NCBI GenBank assembly: GCA_950097015.1
Contig: CATNEN010000007.1
Coordinates: 9,300,001 to 9,364,000, forward strand
DNA: 64,000 bases
Direction of reading: 5' to 3'
Source of the DNA: Macrostomum hystrix
Taxonomy: Eukaryota; Animalia; Platyhelminthes
Shown here: positions 11,461 through 24,634 of the stretch, piece by piece
Layout of the letters: every line of letters starts with the position of its first letter
How positions within the stretch are numbered: position 1 is the first letter of the stretch
Translations under genes and position numbers: made by a program
The notes under the pieces: model-generated
Seen by the model: only the letters and a program-made list of their open reading frames with translations
Told to the model about the DNA's origin: nothing
Database searches by the model: none

Positions 11461-13234
11461 ATGCAGCCAGCCTCTTCAGTTGCTGACGGCAGCGAAGCGG
11501 CGACCGCGTCTGCTGTCGATCCTGGGGACCTCGGAGCTCGCGCGGCCGAGCTGGCAGCCGGCGACGCCGCGTCTGGCGCTGACGCGGACCCAGGCGTGGT
11601 CTCTGTGGGCTCGCGCCGCAGCGAGCTGGCGCTGCGCCAGACGCATGAGGTGCTGCGCCGCCTCGGCCCTGACTGCGGTCGGCAGTTTCGCATAGTCCAC
11701 ATGGACACCATCGGGGACCAGATTCTGGACCGGGCGCTGTCGCAGATCGGCGACAAGGGCCTCTTCACTCGCGAGCTGGACGCCGCTCTGCTTAGCGGCG
11801 AGGTTCGCCTGGTTGTCCACTCGCTGAAGGACCTGCCGACCCAGTGCACTGACGGCCTGGCCGTGCCCTGCATCCTGCACCGCGAGCTGCCTCGAGACGC
11901 TCTTGTGCTGCACCCGCGCCACCGGGCAGCCGGCATCAGCGACCTGGCCGGCCTGCCGTCGGGCGCCGTCATCGGCACCTCCAGTCTGCGCCGCACCGCC
12001 CAGCTCAGCCGCGCTCATCCAGGCCTTCGCTTTCAGTCTGTGCGCGGCAACCTCGGCACCCGGTGGCGCAAGCTGAACGCCGCCGACTCCGGCCTGGACG
12101 GCCTCATCCTGGCTGAGGCTGGCCTGGCCCGTATGGGCTGGACGGACCGAGTCGCCTGCAGCCTGGCCTCCGAGCACTGTCTGCCCGCTGTGGGCCAGGG
12201 CGCACTGGCTGTACAGTGCCGGGCTGGCGATGCTGAGACTGCCGGCCTGCTGCGGCCGCTGCTGCATCGGGACAGCTTCTTGGAGGTGCGGGGTCCCTGC
12301 GCCTGTTATTTTTTGCGCTTTAAGAATAGAATTGGGAAAATGTACAGCTAGTGGCACAGCCGCAGCTATTGTGCGGTGGTTCCATAGGCTGTGTACAGCT
12401 GTTCAGTCCGTGGACTGGGGACTCGGGGAGGCGCCACGCACCTAAATTCTACCCCAGCAAATTCTGGTTAAAATTTTACTGTAGGGTAAAGTAAAACAGT
12501 CGGTCCTGCTCACAAACAAAAATTGATTACCGTTAGCTGTGATTCGAACTCATGACCTTTCGGTCTGAAGCCAGAGGCTCCAACCACAGGGCGAAAAGCT
12601 TCTCAGAAACACACTTCATGTTCGAATTGGGGTGGCTTTGCCAGCCGCCCAGTCCATAGCCGGTCTATTTTTAGTGGGTCCTCAACTCGATTGTGCTGAA
12701 ATCCAGAGTCTCTAAAATTGCTCCAATTCGCAGGCCGTGGCTGAGCGCAGCCTGATGCGCGCCCTGGACGGCGGCTGCTCCGTGCCGCTCGGCGTTCGCT
12801 CTGTCTGGACCGAGGTGGACGAGGCCTCCGGGCAATGTCAGCGGCTTCTGCGTCTGGAGGCTCGCGTGCTGTCTGTGGACGGCGCCGAGGTTGTGGAGTT
12901 CGAGGCGGAGGCGTCGCTGCTGGAGGAGGATAAGGATCTGGAGGAGCCGCCGGCGGCTAAACGGCGTCGGGAAGCCGCCGACGAGGCGAGCGGCGACACG
13001 GTGGAGGCCTCCGCTGAGTCACCAGAGCGTTGGGTGGGGCTGCACTACCCGAACCCGGACAGCCGGGACCGGCGCCACCTTGCCACCTGCGTCCAGCTCG
13101 GGCGTCGCGTGGCGGACGGCCTCCTGGCCCGCGGCGCCGGCCCCGTGCTGGCCGCTGCCAAAGCAGCCGCCAAAGCCGCAGTCGGCAAGCTGACGCCGCC
13201 AGTTCCGATTGAGAATGCGCAGCCCAGCTGCTGA
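11461..13234 (+). CDS. HMBS: Porphobilinogen deaminase (hydroxymethylbilane synthase); exons 11461-12285, 12734-13234
   Basis: Motifs GSRRSELALRQT, GDKGLFTRELD, VHSLKDLPT, GTSSLRR, RGNLGTR, PAVGQGALA and the cofactor Cys in LDGGCSVPLG. One phase-0 intron. Confidence 0.96.
12330..12600 (-). mobile_element. tRNA-derived SINE (family A) in the HMBS intron
   Basis: The minus strand has A box TGGTTGGAGC and B box GAGTTCGAATC. The body (GGACTGAACAGC...GCTGCGGCTGT) is shared with 49240-49545, 31790-31925 and 56310-56470. Confidence 0.7.
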
Positions 13235-13318
13235 TGGACTGATGGGGTACCCGGCGGTTTGGGAATTAAAGGATGCTTAATCCCACCTTGTGGACTCCCT
13301 GCCCCAAATAAAGATTTA

Positions 13319-13550
13319 GACCCTGCAACCCTTCATAAAGATTAGGACCATGCAACCCTTCATGAAGATTGGGACCCTGCAACCCTTCATAAAGATTGGG
13401 ACGCTGCAACCCTTCATGAAGATTGGGACCCTGCAACCCTTCATAAAGATTGGGACGCTGCAACCCTTCATGAAGATTGGGACCCTGCAACCCTTCATAA
13501 AGATTGGGACCCTGCAACCCTTCATAAAGATTGGGACCCTGCAACCCCTC
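13319..13550. repeat. 27-bp minisatellite (ACCCTGCAACCCTTCATAAAGATTGGG), ~8 copies
   Basis: Directly visible tandem units just 3' of the HMBS stop. Confidence 0.95.
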
Positions 13551-14060
13551 TTGGAGATTGTCCTCAGCCTCGAGTAATAAACGCAAATCGTAAAGAATTT
13601 TAAGAAATTATGTTTGATGCCTTGATTTGAGCAGAGCTGTGTTCTAAAGCCTTGTTCTGTTTTGAGATTGCAAGCCCCAACTTTTTTGGCTGTTCATTTC
13701 CCAAAAACTAAGTGAAATTGTTTATTAAAATTATTTTGCAACCCGTTTAGTTTAGCTTCTCTTCTTCTCTTTGCCTGTCTTTGAGGAACATTTTGTCTAT
13801 TAGCTGCGTCGTCGTAAACAATACTGCCTACTGATAGTAGCCAGGTTAATGAAACATTTAGCTCCCCTCTGTCGCCGTCTTACATGGCCTGTCAGTGAAC
13901 TCCCTGGCTTATCTGGTTGTTCCACTGCACTACGCAATCACGCTTGAAGAAATTGAAGTAGATTTGACAAAAGTCTTTTTTGTCACTAATATTGGCTGAG
14001 CTGGCTCACAATGCGCTATTGCGTTATCTTTGTGGCAATTCATTACAGTACATTTCCGTG

Positions 14061-14959
14061 ACCCCTACCTGAGAGTCGCCCTGCTACCCCTACCTGAGAG
14101 TCGCCCTGCTACCCCTATCTGAGAGTCGCCCTGCTACCCCTACCTGAGAGTCGCCCTGCTACCCCTACCTGAGAATCGCCCTGCTACCCCTACCTGAGAG
14201 TCGCCCTGCTACCCCTACCTGAGAGTCGCCCTGCTACCCCTACCTGAGAATCACCCTGCTACCCCTACCTGAGAGTCGCCCTGCTACCCCTACCTGAGAG
14301 TCGCCCTGCTACCCCTACCTGAGAGTCGCCCTGCTACCCCTACCTGAGAATCGCCCTGCTACCCCTACCTGAGAATCACCCTGCTACCCCTACCTGAGAG
14401 TTGCCCTGCTACCCCTATCTGAGAATCACCCTGCTACCCCTACCTGAGAGTCGCCCTGCTACCCCTACCTAAGAATCACCCTGCTACCCCTACCTGAGAA
14501 TCACCCTGCTACCCCTACCTGAGAGTCGCCCTGCTACCCCTACCTGAGAATCACCCTGCTACCCCTACCTGAGAATCGCCCTGCTACCCCTACCTGAGAA
14601 TCACCCTGCTACCCCTACCTGAGAATCACCCTGCTACCCCTACCTGAGAGTCGCCCTGCTACCCCTACCTAAGAATCGCCCTGCTACCCCTACCTGAGAA
14701 TCACCCTGCTACCCCTACCTGAGAATCACCCTGCTACCCCTACCTGAGAATCACCCTGCTACCCCTACCTGAGAATCACCCTGCTACCCCTACCTGAGAA
14801 TCACCCTGCTACCCCTACCTGAGAGTCGCCCTGCTACCCCTACCTGAGAATCACCCTGCTACCCCTACCTGAGAGTCGCGCTGCTACCCCTATCTGAGAA
14901 TCACCCTGCTACCCCTACCTGAGAATCGCCCTGCTACCCCTACCTGAGAATCACCCTGC
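14061..14959. repeat. 25-bp minisatellite (ACCCCTACCTGAGARTCRCCCTGCT), ~36 copies
   Basis: Directly visible tandem units with no spacers. Confidence 0.97.
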
Positions 14960-15400
14960 AGCTCTTAATGTTTACTTTTTTATTACTTTGCCTTGCGAAG
15001 TAATGTCACACCCGTTGTTTGCTGCTGACCAATTGCAGTAAACAAGATTCCAGGTTTCTCAGCTCAGCTAAAAGCTTTTTGCCACTTTTTGGAGCTTTTC
15101 CATCTGCAATTTTTAAGCTGAAGTTCGTTGTTCCCCTTGTCCAAGTTTTTTGTTCCCACATATTTTGTTATGTGGGACCTGGCACCTGGCTTCACTTCAC
15201 TTGTGCTTCATTCGTGTGCAGAGGACAGCAACCAAATCGTCTGTTGTGTTTTTGTGCACCTTTCATTTCTTGAGGGCATATTCGATGGGAAAAATACAAA
15301 GATCTTTTTGTCAAACAAATCGATTTGAATCTAATTAGAATATTTATCTATTAGTTTGACGAAAAAACTTTGGTGAAACAGCTTTTTTTTAACACTTGCG

Positions 15401-16380
15401 TACGAGGGGAAGTCAGAAAGTAATGATAAATCGTATTTTTCAAAGTGCAGAAGTAAGGGCTTATTTCTCTACGAAATCTCCGTCCAGCTCTAGACACTTC
15501 TCCATGCGATGCCGCCATCGCTCCAGCCCCGCCCTGAAGAAGTCAGGCGGCTGGGATGCGAGCCACTGCTGAACTGCTGTTTTCGCCTCCTCCTTGCTCG
15601 CACTCCTTTGATAGCTTCCTTCAACTTTGGAAACAGGAAAAAGTCTGATGGCGCAAGATCAGGGCTGTAGGGAGGGTGGGAGAGAGAATTTCCCAGCGAA
15701 ATTCGCGCAGGACGCCTCCACAGAGCTGTGAAGTGTGCGCCGGGGCATTGTCTTGGTGGAAGAGGATGCGCCGGTGGAGCTTGCCAGGTCGCTTCCTGGC
15801 TTAGCTTTTGCAGCACACCTTCGTAGTAGGCGCCAGTGATCGTGCGCTGCTCCTGTAGGAAGTCCACTAGAATGACTCCCTCGACATTCCAGAAAATGGT
15901 TGCCATGACCTTGGCCACGGAGCGGCCAAGAACTTCTTCCAAGAACTCCCTGGCACCCAACGGGCACCCATCTTGCTAAAGCCCAGATCCTCTGTCAGGA
16001 TCGAATGCACACTGCCATGGGAGATGCCCAGTTCCTCAGCAATAGCCTCGATGGTCACTACTCCGGTCCTGCTCAACTTCTTTTCGACGCACGGCTGTAA
16101 CCATCTCTGCTGTGCGCGCTGTGCTCGGTCGTCCACTGCGGTCAGCGTCTTTAATGGTTTCACGGCCAGCCTTAAACTCGTGGATCCACCGATAAACGGT
16201 GGGGTCGGTGGAGCAGCATCCCCGAAGACCTTCTGTAAAGCCTCGAGGATGGCAGCCGGCTTCCAACCCAACCGCGTTAAAAGTTTCACGTGGGATCGCA
16301 CTTTAAGTTTGAAATTTTCGATTGCTGAAAGGGGGTACTGTCTTTGTACTTCTGCCAAGGTTGATCTGTACATCACAGAC
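15401..16380 (-). mobile_element. Defective mariner transposon (Hsmar2/irritans-like end), frameshifted and internally deleted
   Basis: TA+CGAGGGGAAGTCAGAAAGT end at 15401. Transposase motifs VYRW..EFKAGR, GARWVP, KVMATIFWN..GVILVDFL and HPPYSPDLAPSDFFLFPKLK are spread over several frames. The segment carrying the first catalytic Asp is missing, and no partner TIR is seen. Confidence 0.9.
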
Positions 16381-16462
16381 TAGACTGTCCCAATCCCAGA
16401 CTAGAATGTCCCAATCCTAGACTAGAATGTCCCAATCCTAGACTGGAATGTCCCAATCCCAG
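16381..16462. repeat. ~21-bp tandem repeat (AGACTAGAATGTCCCAATCCT), ~4 copies, at the truncated mariner end
   Basis: Visible in sequence. Confidence 0.85.
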
Positions 16463-17088
16463 GCTATACTTTACCACGCTTCACAAAAATAATACTATTG
16501 CCTTTCCTTGAAGTCTACATAAGAAATTAATCATGTTTTTATATTTTATAAATGAACTACAGCGAGCTACTTTGTAAATATCTTAGATACAAAATCCACC
16601 AACATCGCAACGTTTAAGAGTAAAAAGCCGGACTAAAATTAACCAGTGTCGAAGAATTTCACACCTCATCAAAGGATTTGAAGGCCAAATCGGTTTTATG
16701 TCAGATTAAAACTCTGGGCAGCAATGGTGGAGCGATAACGAATTGGCCCGAACAATGGCCTCATTTACTCGTAGATAGTCGGAATTAGATAAAGACTTGA
16801 GTATCGGGGATTGGAAAGCTTACGGTTCGGGATGTTATCACTTCCTCAAATTTTCAATCTATAGTGCATGAGTCAAACCGGATCATTTCTTTAAAGTACA
16901 TTTTTAGAGCTCGTTGCAGGTGATGCTCAGACATCATGGAGAATCGGCCTGTATATTCGGCTGGTAGTATAAATTGCCATCTGTCAACGCATATTTTAAC
17001 TTAAATAGGTTAAAAATAAATCTAAGCAGTTAGTTAACTCAGTCAATGCCTTCTTAATCTATGTGAGTCCATCAGGAGCTGCGGCTGC

Positions 17089-20000
17089 TCAGACCGACCT
17101 GGGCAGCGGCTCAAGCTCATCACCTTTTCCGGCAACCTCGGCCGCCTTTTTCTGGGCCCGCCGCTCCTTCCGCATCGTCACTTCATCACGCTCGACCGGA
17201 TAGCGTGTGCGGCTCAGCCAGTAGGACAGAAAGAACAGCAGGCAAGAGGGAACCTGGAAGCAGCTGCCAACGCCGTGCACTAGCTGGCGAAAACGGTCAG
17301 TATCGTAGAACAGGCAGAAGCTGCGCCCGCTGGAGCTCGGGTTCTGCACGATGCACACCGTGTCAATCAGCTTGCCGGCAACAGGCGGTGTGATCATGCC
17401 TGCGGAGGGAGCAGTGCGGCTCGCGATGAGGCCTGCACTCGGCCTGGCGGGTAGCCTACACAGAAATGCCCACAAAGATGCAGCACTCACCTAGCAGGCC
17501 GAACAGAAATGAAATGGAGCCCATGGCTAGCGGCTTCATCTCACGCGTGCTCGGAATCCTAAAAGGAAGGCGGGATAATCAGTATGGTTTGACCTACTTA
17601 TTAGCCATACCTTCGCGGTTTTGACACCAGGCAGAAAGCCTCACTTCATCATGATGAGGGTGAACTGCACAGCCGCCATGGTGCCGACCACCCGGATGAT
17701 GAAGAACAGCACCAAGTAGGCGTACACGTTGCTGCACTCTGGCGCGCAGATGCCCGGCTGGCCAGTCAGGTTGGAGCAGAGGCAGTTCGCGTAGGCGGTC
17801 TGAAAGGTTAGTTTAAAAAATTGACATTTTTAAGAAGTCAGTTCAGAGCAAGCCAAGCTGGGCCAAACAGGAGTCTCACAGCTGTGCCATTGAGCTCTGG
17901 TAACCTTGTGCAGCCGGCCAGGCAGGGTGTCATGTAGCTGCGGCCGCCGACACACACCGGGTTGTAGGCGTACTTGGGGCAGCTATCTGGGTTGTAGCAG
18001 GACCTGGCGAATGGGGGTTCGATTTGAAAGCTATCCTTCTCACCAAATCAGGCATACCAATACCCGGTCCTGTCATTCAGCTAGCAAAAGAACCGGTGTG
18101 GACAAAAGTCAATAACGACCACGAGCGCAGGTGGCTTCCGGGCGTCGTGGTGAGTACTCAAGACAAGAGTCAGCTTTGAGGGCGAGGACGGCAAGATAAA
18201 GCGACAAGCAAAGCAAACCACGTGTTCACGAGTCTGAGACCCTGAGTCGCAAGAGACTTAATAGGGAGAGAGGGCCGGGCAGTTAGAAACGAGACAGGAC
18301 TGGAGAATGTCGTCCATAGCGACGAAACCGGTGTCTTCGTTGGTCTTGATTAACATGGCTAACATGGACCTTAACACAGCAACAACAGAATTCGAATGTC
18401 CAAAAGGGAGATGACAGCTCGACCGAGACCGGCTTCCGGCTCATTCAGTTGCCCACGTGGCCTAAACCCCTAACCACGATATGACCTCTAGCTTGAACCA
18501 TACTCCGATCTCTTTTAGCTCGGACACAGAAAAGTGCCCATTCTGAATCCCCAACGAAAAGTACATATCCTATCGCGTCCAAAAGCAAAGCAAATTTGCG
18601 GCTGGCTCACATTTCGGTCAGCTGACCGTCCTCCCGAAAGTTGTGCGGCCCCACCATGTCCACCTTGTCGCAACGGAACAGGAACAGCACCGGGAAGGCC
18701 AGAGCAGAGATTGTATTCACGACAGCATGGTACAGGTTCATGTGCGTCACTGACATGGGACACACTTTCGACACCACGCTGCTGATCATGATGGCCATCG
18801 CGGAGGCCCCTGCAAGACTTACGCCTTAAGTTGGGAAGGTGAGTGAAAGATATCATTTTCCTGCCTTGCATTCCTGAAATCGTTGACTTGTGGCAAACGA
18901 ATCATATTTTAAAAAGTTATGCCGCATTCCAATGTTTTAGCAGCTTACTAGACATGATGTTCGCGCTGTTGGCAGTGACATAGAAGTGGGACTCGATGAA
19001 CTTAGGAAAATAGCCAATTAGAATTATGAAGGCAGCGAACTCAAAGATGGTGCCAAGGTAGAGCGTCAGGAACACCGTGTTGCTGTACAGCTCCTTCAGA
19101 AACTGCATCAGCTCTGGGGGGAGTAGAAAAGTATAAGTTTGAAAGTAGTAATTAGCAATTTGTTCAATTTGAAACGAAACAGGCAGTAAAGAAAAGACAT
19201 GAAAGTACATCTGAGACGTTGTACATAAAAACGCCAAGCTGGCAGCTAAATAAAAAACTGCTTGAACTTCCAAGCCGAATTCGAACAGTTTCTGTGTGAG
19301 CGCAATTCAAACTGCAGCAATTCCAGAGCTCTAAACTCACCCGAGCAGCTGAGACTGCTCATGTCCAGACCGCGGCCGGCAACGCTTGTCATGCTGCCCA
19401 GCGCATCGGCGTTGCCTGAAGTTGTTGGCGCCGCCGCCAGTGCCGGCATGGCTGCCTCGTCTGAGGCCGCGTCTGACGTAGGCTCGCGGCCCTTGGCGCG
19501 GTCGACCTCACCCGCCTGGCGCAGCTTCTTCACATCGAGCAGAGCCAGCAGCGGCGTGTTCATCAGCACGATGCAGCCTTCCAGAATGAGTTATGGGTGT
19601 ATACCTTTTACTGTACAGTTTTAGAGCGTTATGCAAGCATTGCAATTCCGTCGAGACATCACCTCTGGCGAAACACCCTTCGCTGCTTAGGCAGGCTCAA
19701 AATTTACTCGTACCTGGAAGTACTTCTACCTGCCATATTTTGTGGTCTGGACTCCCGTTTAAACCCAACTCATGACCACCGATGAGTGAGATGCGTTGCG
19801 GTTCATTTCACTTAACTATGGTATACATTTCGGATGAGTACTGTATTCAATTGCAGACTGACTTAAAGGCAATTTTTGCGGTCGCATACTGTTTACCCAA
19901 ATTACTTAGTACTTAAGTAACGGCATTGCAAAAGCCTGTGAGGAAACGCTGGCTTGTAAAAAGACAAGCCGTTTATGTCATGTGACCAATTACATAGAGC

Positions 20001-21721
20001 TGCCAAAGCTGGGCATGATAACACACCTCATGGCGCGTTACCAACTGCCGCTTGTCAGTCAGAGCTGGCCCACCTGAGTCGCCGAGCCGAGTGGGGCCTT
20101 TCGACACTCGGCAATCAGGGCTGCTCCGTCCAACAAGGCCAGGTCTATGCTTTCCAGTAGATTAGAAATCGAGCCGTGGGTCAGGTTTTAAGGTCCCGGT
20201 CTTTTTAAGCTAGTTTTTTCTTTCTTAAGCCTTCTTCTTGTAAATATGTATGCACGAGCGGGTATGCTACTACGAGTATATGTGATATGGAATAGAGAAA
20301 TGTGACAGTCATTACCATGAATACTACTCACCTACGACCACGATGCCCACCCACCAGGCGCCAATCCACATCGGGTCCTTCAGGCCCTGCGGAAACTCCT
20401 CCGGCCGCAGCACCAAGCCTTCGTTAACCGTGATGAGGAAGCTGCCGAACAGGAAGCCGACGATGGGCGACATGGTGCGCACCAGGAAGAGAAAGCCTGC
20501 GGGCGGAGAGCACCTGTTAAAATAATCGCTCAGGCATCTGCAGAAGTCTGAGAGGCAGGTGTTTCTGATCACTCATGGAAAAAGTCGTATCCTCCATCGT
20601 ATGAGACTTTTTAGCTCTGTATTGACTTGCGGGATAACTGCACTCGCGCTGTACTCGCGCTTCTCCAAGGTGCATCGACACCAGTCGCCAATAGGTGGAC
20701 AGCCATGTCATTAAGTTCAATTCATTCTCATTTATTTCTGCTTCACTCTGGTGAAAGCGGGCAGTACAATGCTCTCAAGTCAAAGATAAGATTTTGGTCT
20801 AAATTGAGTTAGCTTAACTCAGCCAAGGTTCACTCTGCAGGCTTCACCCTCAATGGACTCAGAATTTTGCGTTACAGATTATGATAAAGCGAATCTCTGT
20901 CACATGACCGATTGAACGGCCCTTGAAAACGATTTTTTACCTGCTGCTGGCATTTCTATAAATATTTTGCGGTTCACTTTTAGCACGTAATTCCTGGATG
21001 TTAATTTGCTTTTTGTTATCTCACAAAATAAGTTTTTGGGGTATGCTCGATATGGATATGCTACAAAAGCGAAGCTAATCGGATAAGTTATAAATGGGTG
21101 GTCTACCAGGGACGTTGTTTTTACTTGGCCATTTTTAATGAGAAAATAATCATCGCGTCTCTCAGGCTCACCCATGAAGATTCCGCTGTTTCGACCTGCC
21201 ATGTCGTCAACCAGCGCCATGCCGACATTCCAGAATGGCGTGGCTGCGACGCCCTGAACAACGCCCCCTATGAACTGGATGGCGAAGGAGACCACCTGCT
21301 GCTGGGCCAGGTTGGGCACCAGCTGTTCCACCAGCAGCTCTGTGTTGTTGGCCAGCCGGCTGGAGTTTGTGTCGCCGCCGAAGAGACTGCGAATCTGCTC
21401 GGTCTGGAACTTGGGTCCGAACAGCAGGTAGGGCAGCGCCCGCATGCAGCCGGACAGGAACAGGAACAGGGCGCTCAGGCTGAGCACCAAGCTCTGCCGG
21501 CCTTTGCCACCGTAATAGGCTACCAGCAGCACGGTGCTGAGGTAGCCGACGTCGTCCGCGGCCAGCAACCAGCCAACCCGGGAAGTCGGCCATTCGAAGC
21601 GCTTCTCCAAGGTGCTAATCATCGACACCAGGTAGGTGGACAGGCAGCCGCTGGTGAATGCGTAGAAGGTGAGCAGAAGGACCGCTACCTTTGGGTTGGT
21701 GATGCGAGGCAGGCAGGCCAT
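17089..21721 (-). CDS. Organic anion transporting polypeptide (SLCO/OATP family); exons approx. 21721-21172, 20496-20332, 19577-19341, 19113-18949, 18809-18611, 18003-17880, 17799-17645, 17558-17491, 17399-17089
   Basis: Motifs ISTLEKRFEWPTS, VAYYGGK, DPMWIGAWWVG (OATP signature), YFPKFIESHF, a Kazal-like YNPVCVGGRSYMTPCLAGC, and GKLIDTVCIV...CLFYD. GT-AG boundaries throughout. Confidence 0.93.
18090..18390 (+). mobile_element. Possible LTR-retrotransposon (Gypsy-like) 3' remnant in an OATP intron
   Basis: Translates to EPVWTKVNNDHERRWLPGVVVST...EDGKIKRQ (integrase C-terminus-like, with a stop and a frameshift), followed by a purine tract AGGGAGAGAGGG. Confidence 0.4.
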
Positions 21722-22849
21722 TGTCTATGAGTTAATGAAGTACTAATGCAAGGTTGCCAATCTCGTGTATCGATTGAAAAAAAAACAGAAAGCTTGATTA
21801 ATAGAGTCAAACTTGTTCACTTCTCTTATGAAATGTTTCCCTTCTGCAAACCTGTTCTATATATTGTGCCAAAGTCTTCTAGGGGCAGAGGCAAGGTGAA
21901 AGGCCGACCCTGGCGATAAAGACAAGGTAGCGCAGAGAGCAGCGTGTGACAAGCTGGCTGAAATTTTCACTTGGACAGAATTTGCTTTACGAAGTTCGGT
22001 GAAAAAACAATTGCTCAATCTATTGGTAGAGTCTAAGGGTATTGGTCTCACTTCTGCTAAAAAGAACGAGCTGTCCCAGGGACTTGAGTAGCGTGGGTGG
22101 TCATGTGTGTGTGTGATAAAAATGGTTTTCATTACGCAAGAAATTCTCAACTTGACTGGCACTCGCAAGGATAGGCGCAGGTGAAAATGCACATTGTACA
22201 CGTGTCCAGCTTACAAGCGAAATGCAGACTGCGAATGCCAGTTATTCAAAAGTTTTTGAGCAAACTGCGAAGCAACCTGCTTTCGGTGCAGCGAAATTCA
22301 AGAATTACGGATTGCAGTGTTCAGATAGTTAGTACATTTTTACGCCCAGTAAGGAATAGGGAATTGGAAAGTATGTGTAGAAAAATCGGTGAACTCAAAC
22401 CCAGACCCAGCCAGACTAATTTACAAGCGTGATCACTGGAGAACAGGAGAAAGAGATAATTTAATTGTTAGCAAAAGAAGCTCAACGGACACTGCAATAG
22501 CGATTCTATAATGGCTTAAATATTTCTGCACTCTGCACTTCATATGGCCCACGAAAAGATCTCAACGAGCGATACGAACTGCTGTCATTAGAGCGACTTA
22601 GAGACGCCGTGGACTTCTTTGAACAGTTAACCCCCGACCTGGACGACCCAGCGCTGCTGTGACCGAAGCCAATATCACTGCTGTCTGGGAGCTGGTGGAT
22701 GGGGATCCTAACAACACCGTGACAATGATAAGAGCACGGAGACTAGCGGGATTTTTTATGACAGCGTGCACACAATCCTTTACGATTATCTACAAGGTCA
22801 CTGCCTGCTGGGTACCTGCTGACTGAGGAGCAGAAGAGAGAGAGAGAGA

Positions 22850-23265
22850 GTGCGCTGTAGCCAGGTATACCTGCACGTCAAAACGCGCGCTGTTTCATGT
22901 TTCACTCCGTCAGCTTTGCTCGGGGCGCGCGCGTCCGAGAAGAGCAGGTCGATCGTCCCTGTCCACTCATGCGCGGTCCCTGCGGAGTCCACAGAAGTAC
23001 ATCCTGCAGCGGCTCAGGGCAGTCCTGATCACGTGCCCAGCCAGCCGCAGGCGCCGCTGTCTCAGAAGGTCAGAAGGACGCGTCAGTCGCGCTCTCTTGT
23101 ACAGTGAGCCAGTCGCCTCGCTTCCTGGGCTGCGGCGGGTGCCAAACGCTGAGCGAAGCAGGGCCGCATGTGTCGCGTTGAGCTGCCCCTCGAGCGCCTC
23201 CGTCAGAGTCCAGGTCACCGCATTATAGAGCAGCACGGTCTCAATGACCGCCTGGATCGTTGCAT
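22850..23265 (-). mobile_element. 3' fragment of an RTE-like LINE
   Basis: IETVLLYNAVTWTLT...LRQRRLRLAGHVIR is typical of the RT C-terminal region of RTE-clade elements. Confidence 0.8.
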
Positions 23266-24634
23266 TACATATTTTTATTGGGAACAACAAACATGATGCT
23301 CCAATTAAGTTATTATAATTGAATAATAAGTCCGACTACTGCAGTGTTGTTGTTACTAAACCATATAGACATTTGCTTTGCTTATATTGTGTGTGGGGTA
23401 ACACAATCCATAAGTAGTACATGTAAAGGCAATTGATTATTGAATAATTTGTAACTTTTAAAACGACGCCGAAAACAATCGCTTGTATGGTACATTGATG
23501 CACATAATATGCTTAAAATATCATGATACCATTTCACCGCATCATGATATTTGAGCTCTTTTTGGCTGCAGTATTTGTGATGTATTCCGTCTAAATTGTA
23601 TATATATATACGTTTTTAACGTTTAATATTTTTAATTTACGTTTAATTAACATATAAACGTGTTTAATAGTTCTGATCATGTAATTTGATTTATTTTACA
23701 AAGTATAACAAAATCAAATGTTAGGATCATCTATATTAGAAACTGACTTGTTTATATATATTTAAATATAATTATAATAAAGTACGCAAAAAGACAGGGT
23801 TACATTCTTAAATTTTCAACTCAGAAAATTTTAGCGTTTCTAAAATTCAACATCATTAAGTTTTAAGTTTTAAAGTGTCCACAGTGCCAAAGGGAAACAG
23901 ACGACTATATATTCATAACTAATAAGCATAAGGAATAGAATAATGAAAATGAAAGGACTGATGTAATATATATAGCTTCCTTTAATAGGTCTTTAATAGG
24001 CCTTTAATAGATCAATAGTTTAGCATAGGCTCGAATTTTTTCCCGGTATATATATATATTTATTTTACCATAAAAAATTTTGTGGTTCATGATTTTATGC
24101 GTATTTTCAAGAAGCCGCCTCATAACTTTTATACAACTATTGTTTACAGAAATGGCAGTTTACAGTACAGCATTTAAGACTGAATTTTTATGATAAAAAG
24201 AACTATATCAATTGTAGCGTGCAGCGTAAAGTGCATGTGCGTCTTAATATCTGCTTAAAAACGTAGCAATATTGCAGTGCGAATTGGTTGATCCATAACT
24301 AAATATTACTTAATTTTATGCAGATTTATAAGTATATTGAACTACTTTTTTATTACATACATGAAAAATATTACATATACCTTACATATATTCATTTATA
24401 TAACCTTTAGAAAGTTAACATATAACTTGACTTATAACTGTGAACTGAATTTTTTGCTTTACGATTCAAGTACGCTCGTATATCGGTTATTTTCGGTTGA
24501 CTAATACATAAAATAAGATGAATTCAACTAAAGACAGCGTTTCACAATTTCTGAATATCCCTGAAATAATGTCATCAGCATAGGTCCGGATGAAATTTTC
24601 ATTGATTGATTTCAGCGCCGCAGCTGCACGCCCA

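Noticed and set aside
11476-12357. Long antisense ORFs over HMBS, and similar ones over ACC (61025-61885, 58851-59480), OATP and anoctamin
   Set aside because: These are shadow ORFs produced by GC-rich codon usage and contain no recognisable motifs.
12525-12600. tRNA gene (also 31100-31175, 38490-38557, 49240-49310 and 58110-58165)
   Set aside because: A/B boxes are present but no convincing cloverleaf, and most are attached to shared repeat bodies, so they are SINE heads.
15401-16380. Domesticated SETMAR-like gene or active transposase
   Set aside because: Frameshifts, loss of the first catalytic Asp region, no SET domain and only one TIR.
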